A stretch of DNA of 64,000 bases, from positions 10,635-74,634 of the forward strand of contig JBBDYB010000017.1 of assembly GCA_040901965.1 (NCBI GenBank), given 5' to 3'. Shown here piece by piece: positions 63,038 to 64,000 of the stretch; position 1 is the stretch's first letter, and every line of letters begins with the position of its first letter. The position numbers and the translations under genes are program-made. Below the pieces are notes generated by a model, which was not told the origin of the DNA, searched no databases, and worked only from the letters and a program-made list of their open reading frames with translations. The stretch comes from Gemmatimonadales bacterium. GTDB lineage: Bacteria > Gemmatimonadota > Gemmatimonadetes > Gemmatimonadales > GWC2-71-9.

Positions 63038-64000
63038 TCATGGTCGCGGCCGATACTTATCCAACGTTGCATACGGATCCGGCCAAGCAAGCGGACAGCC
63101 TTGCTCGTAGGCGGCGTGGCGGGTCCAATAGGGATCCCAGAGATGCGCGCGCGCCAGCACGCATAGATCAGCGCGCCCCGCGGCGAGGATCGTGTTCACG
63201 TCCTGATACGAGGAGATGTTGCCGACGGCCATCGTGGCGATTCCCACTTCGTGGCGGATCCGATCGGCGAACGGCGTCTGGAACTGGCGGCCGTACTGCG
63301 GCTTCGCGTCCGCGACGGTCTGGCCCGCCGACACGTCGGTGATGTCGCAGTCGTGCGCCTTGAGCAAGCGGGCCACGTCCACGGCGTCGGCGGGCTGCAT
63401 CCCGCCCGGCGCCCAGTCCACGGCCGATATCCGCACCGACATCGGCTTGTGGGCCGGCCACATGGCGCGCACGGCGTCGAAGACCTCCAGCGGGAACCGC
63501 ATCCGGTTCGCGAGCGAGCCGCCGTAGGCATCGGTGCGCTTGTTCGTAAGCGGCGAGATGAAGCTGGCCAGCAGGTAGCCGTGCGCGAAGTGTAGCTCCA
63601 GCAGATCGAACCCTGCCGCGTTCGACATCTCAGCGGCGCGCACGAAGTCTTCCTTCACCTGATCCATGTCGGCGCGCGTCATCTCCTTGGGCACCTGGCT
63701 GTGCGGATAGTATGGAAGCGGAGAAGCGGAAATAATCGGCCAGTTGCCCGCGGGGAGCGGCTCGTCCATCCCCTCCCACATCCGCTGCGTCGAACCCTTG
63801 CGGCCGGCATGGCCCAGCTGGATCGCGATCTTAGCCCAGCTGTTTGAGTGTACGAAGTCTACGACTCGTTTCCACCCTTCTACATGCGCCGGGGAATACA
63901 TGCCGGTGCACCCGGGCGAGATGCGGCCCTCCCGCGAAACATCCGTCATTTCAGTGAAAACCAGGCCCGCTCCGCCGATCGCGCGGCTGCCGAGGTGGAC
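63038..64000 (-). CDS. C-terminal OYE domain of a probable salicylyl/anthraniloyl-CoA monooxygenase-reductase, 5' end outside the window
   Basis: [44 protein letters not shown]. Confidence 0.8.
   Translation of the reverse strand, partial: VHLGSRAIGGAGLVFTEMTDVSREGRISPGCTGMYSPAHVEGWKRVVDFVHSNSWAKIAIQLGHAGRKGSTQRMWEGMDEPLPAGNWPIISASPLPYYPHSQVPKEMTRADMDQVKEDFVRAAEMSNAAGFDLLELHFAHGYLLASFISPLTNKRTDAYGGSLANRMRFPLEVFDAVRAMWPAHKPMSVRISAVDWAPGGMQPADAVDVARLLKAHDCDITDVSAGQTVADAKPQYGRQFQTPFADRIRHEVGIATMAVGNISSYQDVNTILAAGRADLCVLARAHLWDPYWTRHAAYEQGCPLAWPDPYATLDKYRPRP

Overview
High-GC, tightly packed bacterial chromosome segment. Gene content and style suggest Gemmatimonadota (inference, not proven). Most of it is housekeeping: ftsY, recG, asnS, rtcB, mazG, alr, deoB, cdd, mtaB, miaB, ComFB, comEC, fbp, methylmalonyl-CoA mutase, argS, purM, the rib operon, nusB, hpf, hprK, a mannose-type PTS, metK, ahcY, a cobalamin riboswitch with btu genes, recO, selB, clpB, tadA and kynurenine-pathway genes. 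The main accessory element is a chromosomal integron at about 7.9-11.1 kb. Its integrase is co-oriented with and upstream of the array (inverted arrangement) and has a 1-nt frameshift. It has two clear attC sites, a BrnT/BrnA cassette with its own promoter and operator, a chimeric cassette and a DUF5655-like cassette. A 14-codon ORF with a strong SD spans attI and takes its stop codon from the incoming cassette, like ORF-11 of class 1 integrons. Several short palindromic or tandem repeat families sit inside functional elements: in frame in mtaB, comEC, mazG and asnS, and one REP-like palindrome inside the B12 riboswitch. Gene remnants cluster at 27-29 kb. All calls are by eye from motifs; no database searches were run.
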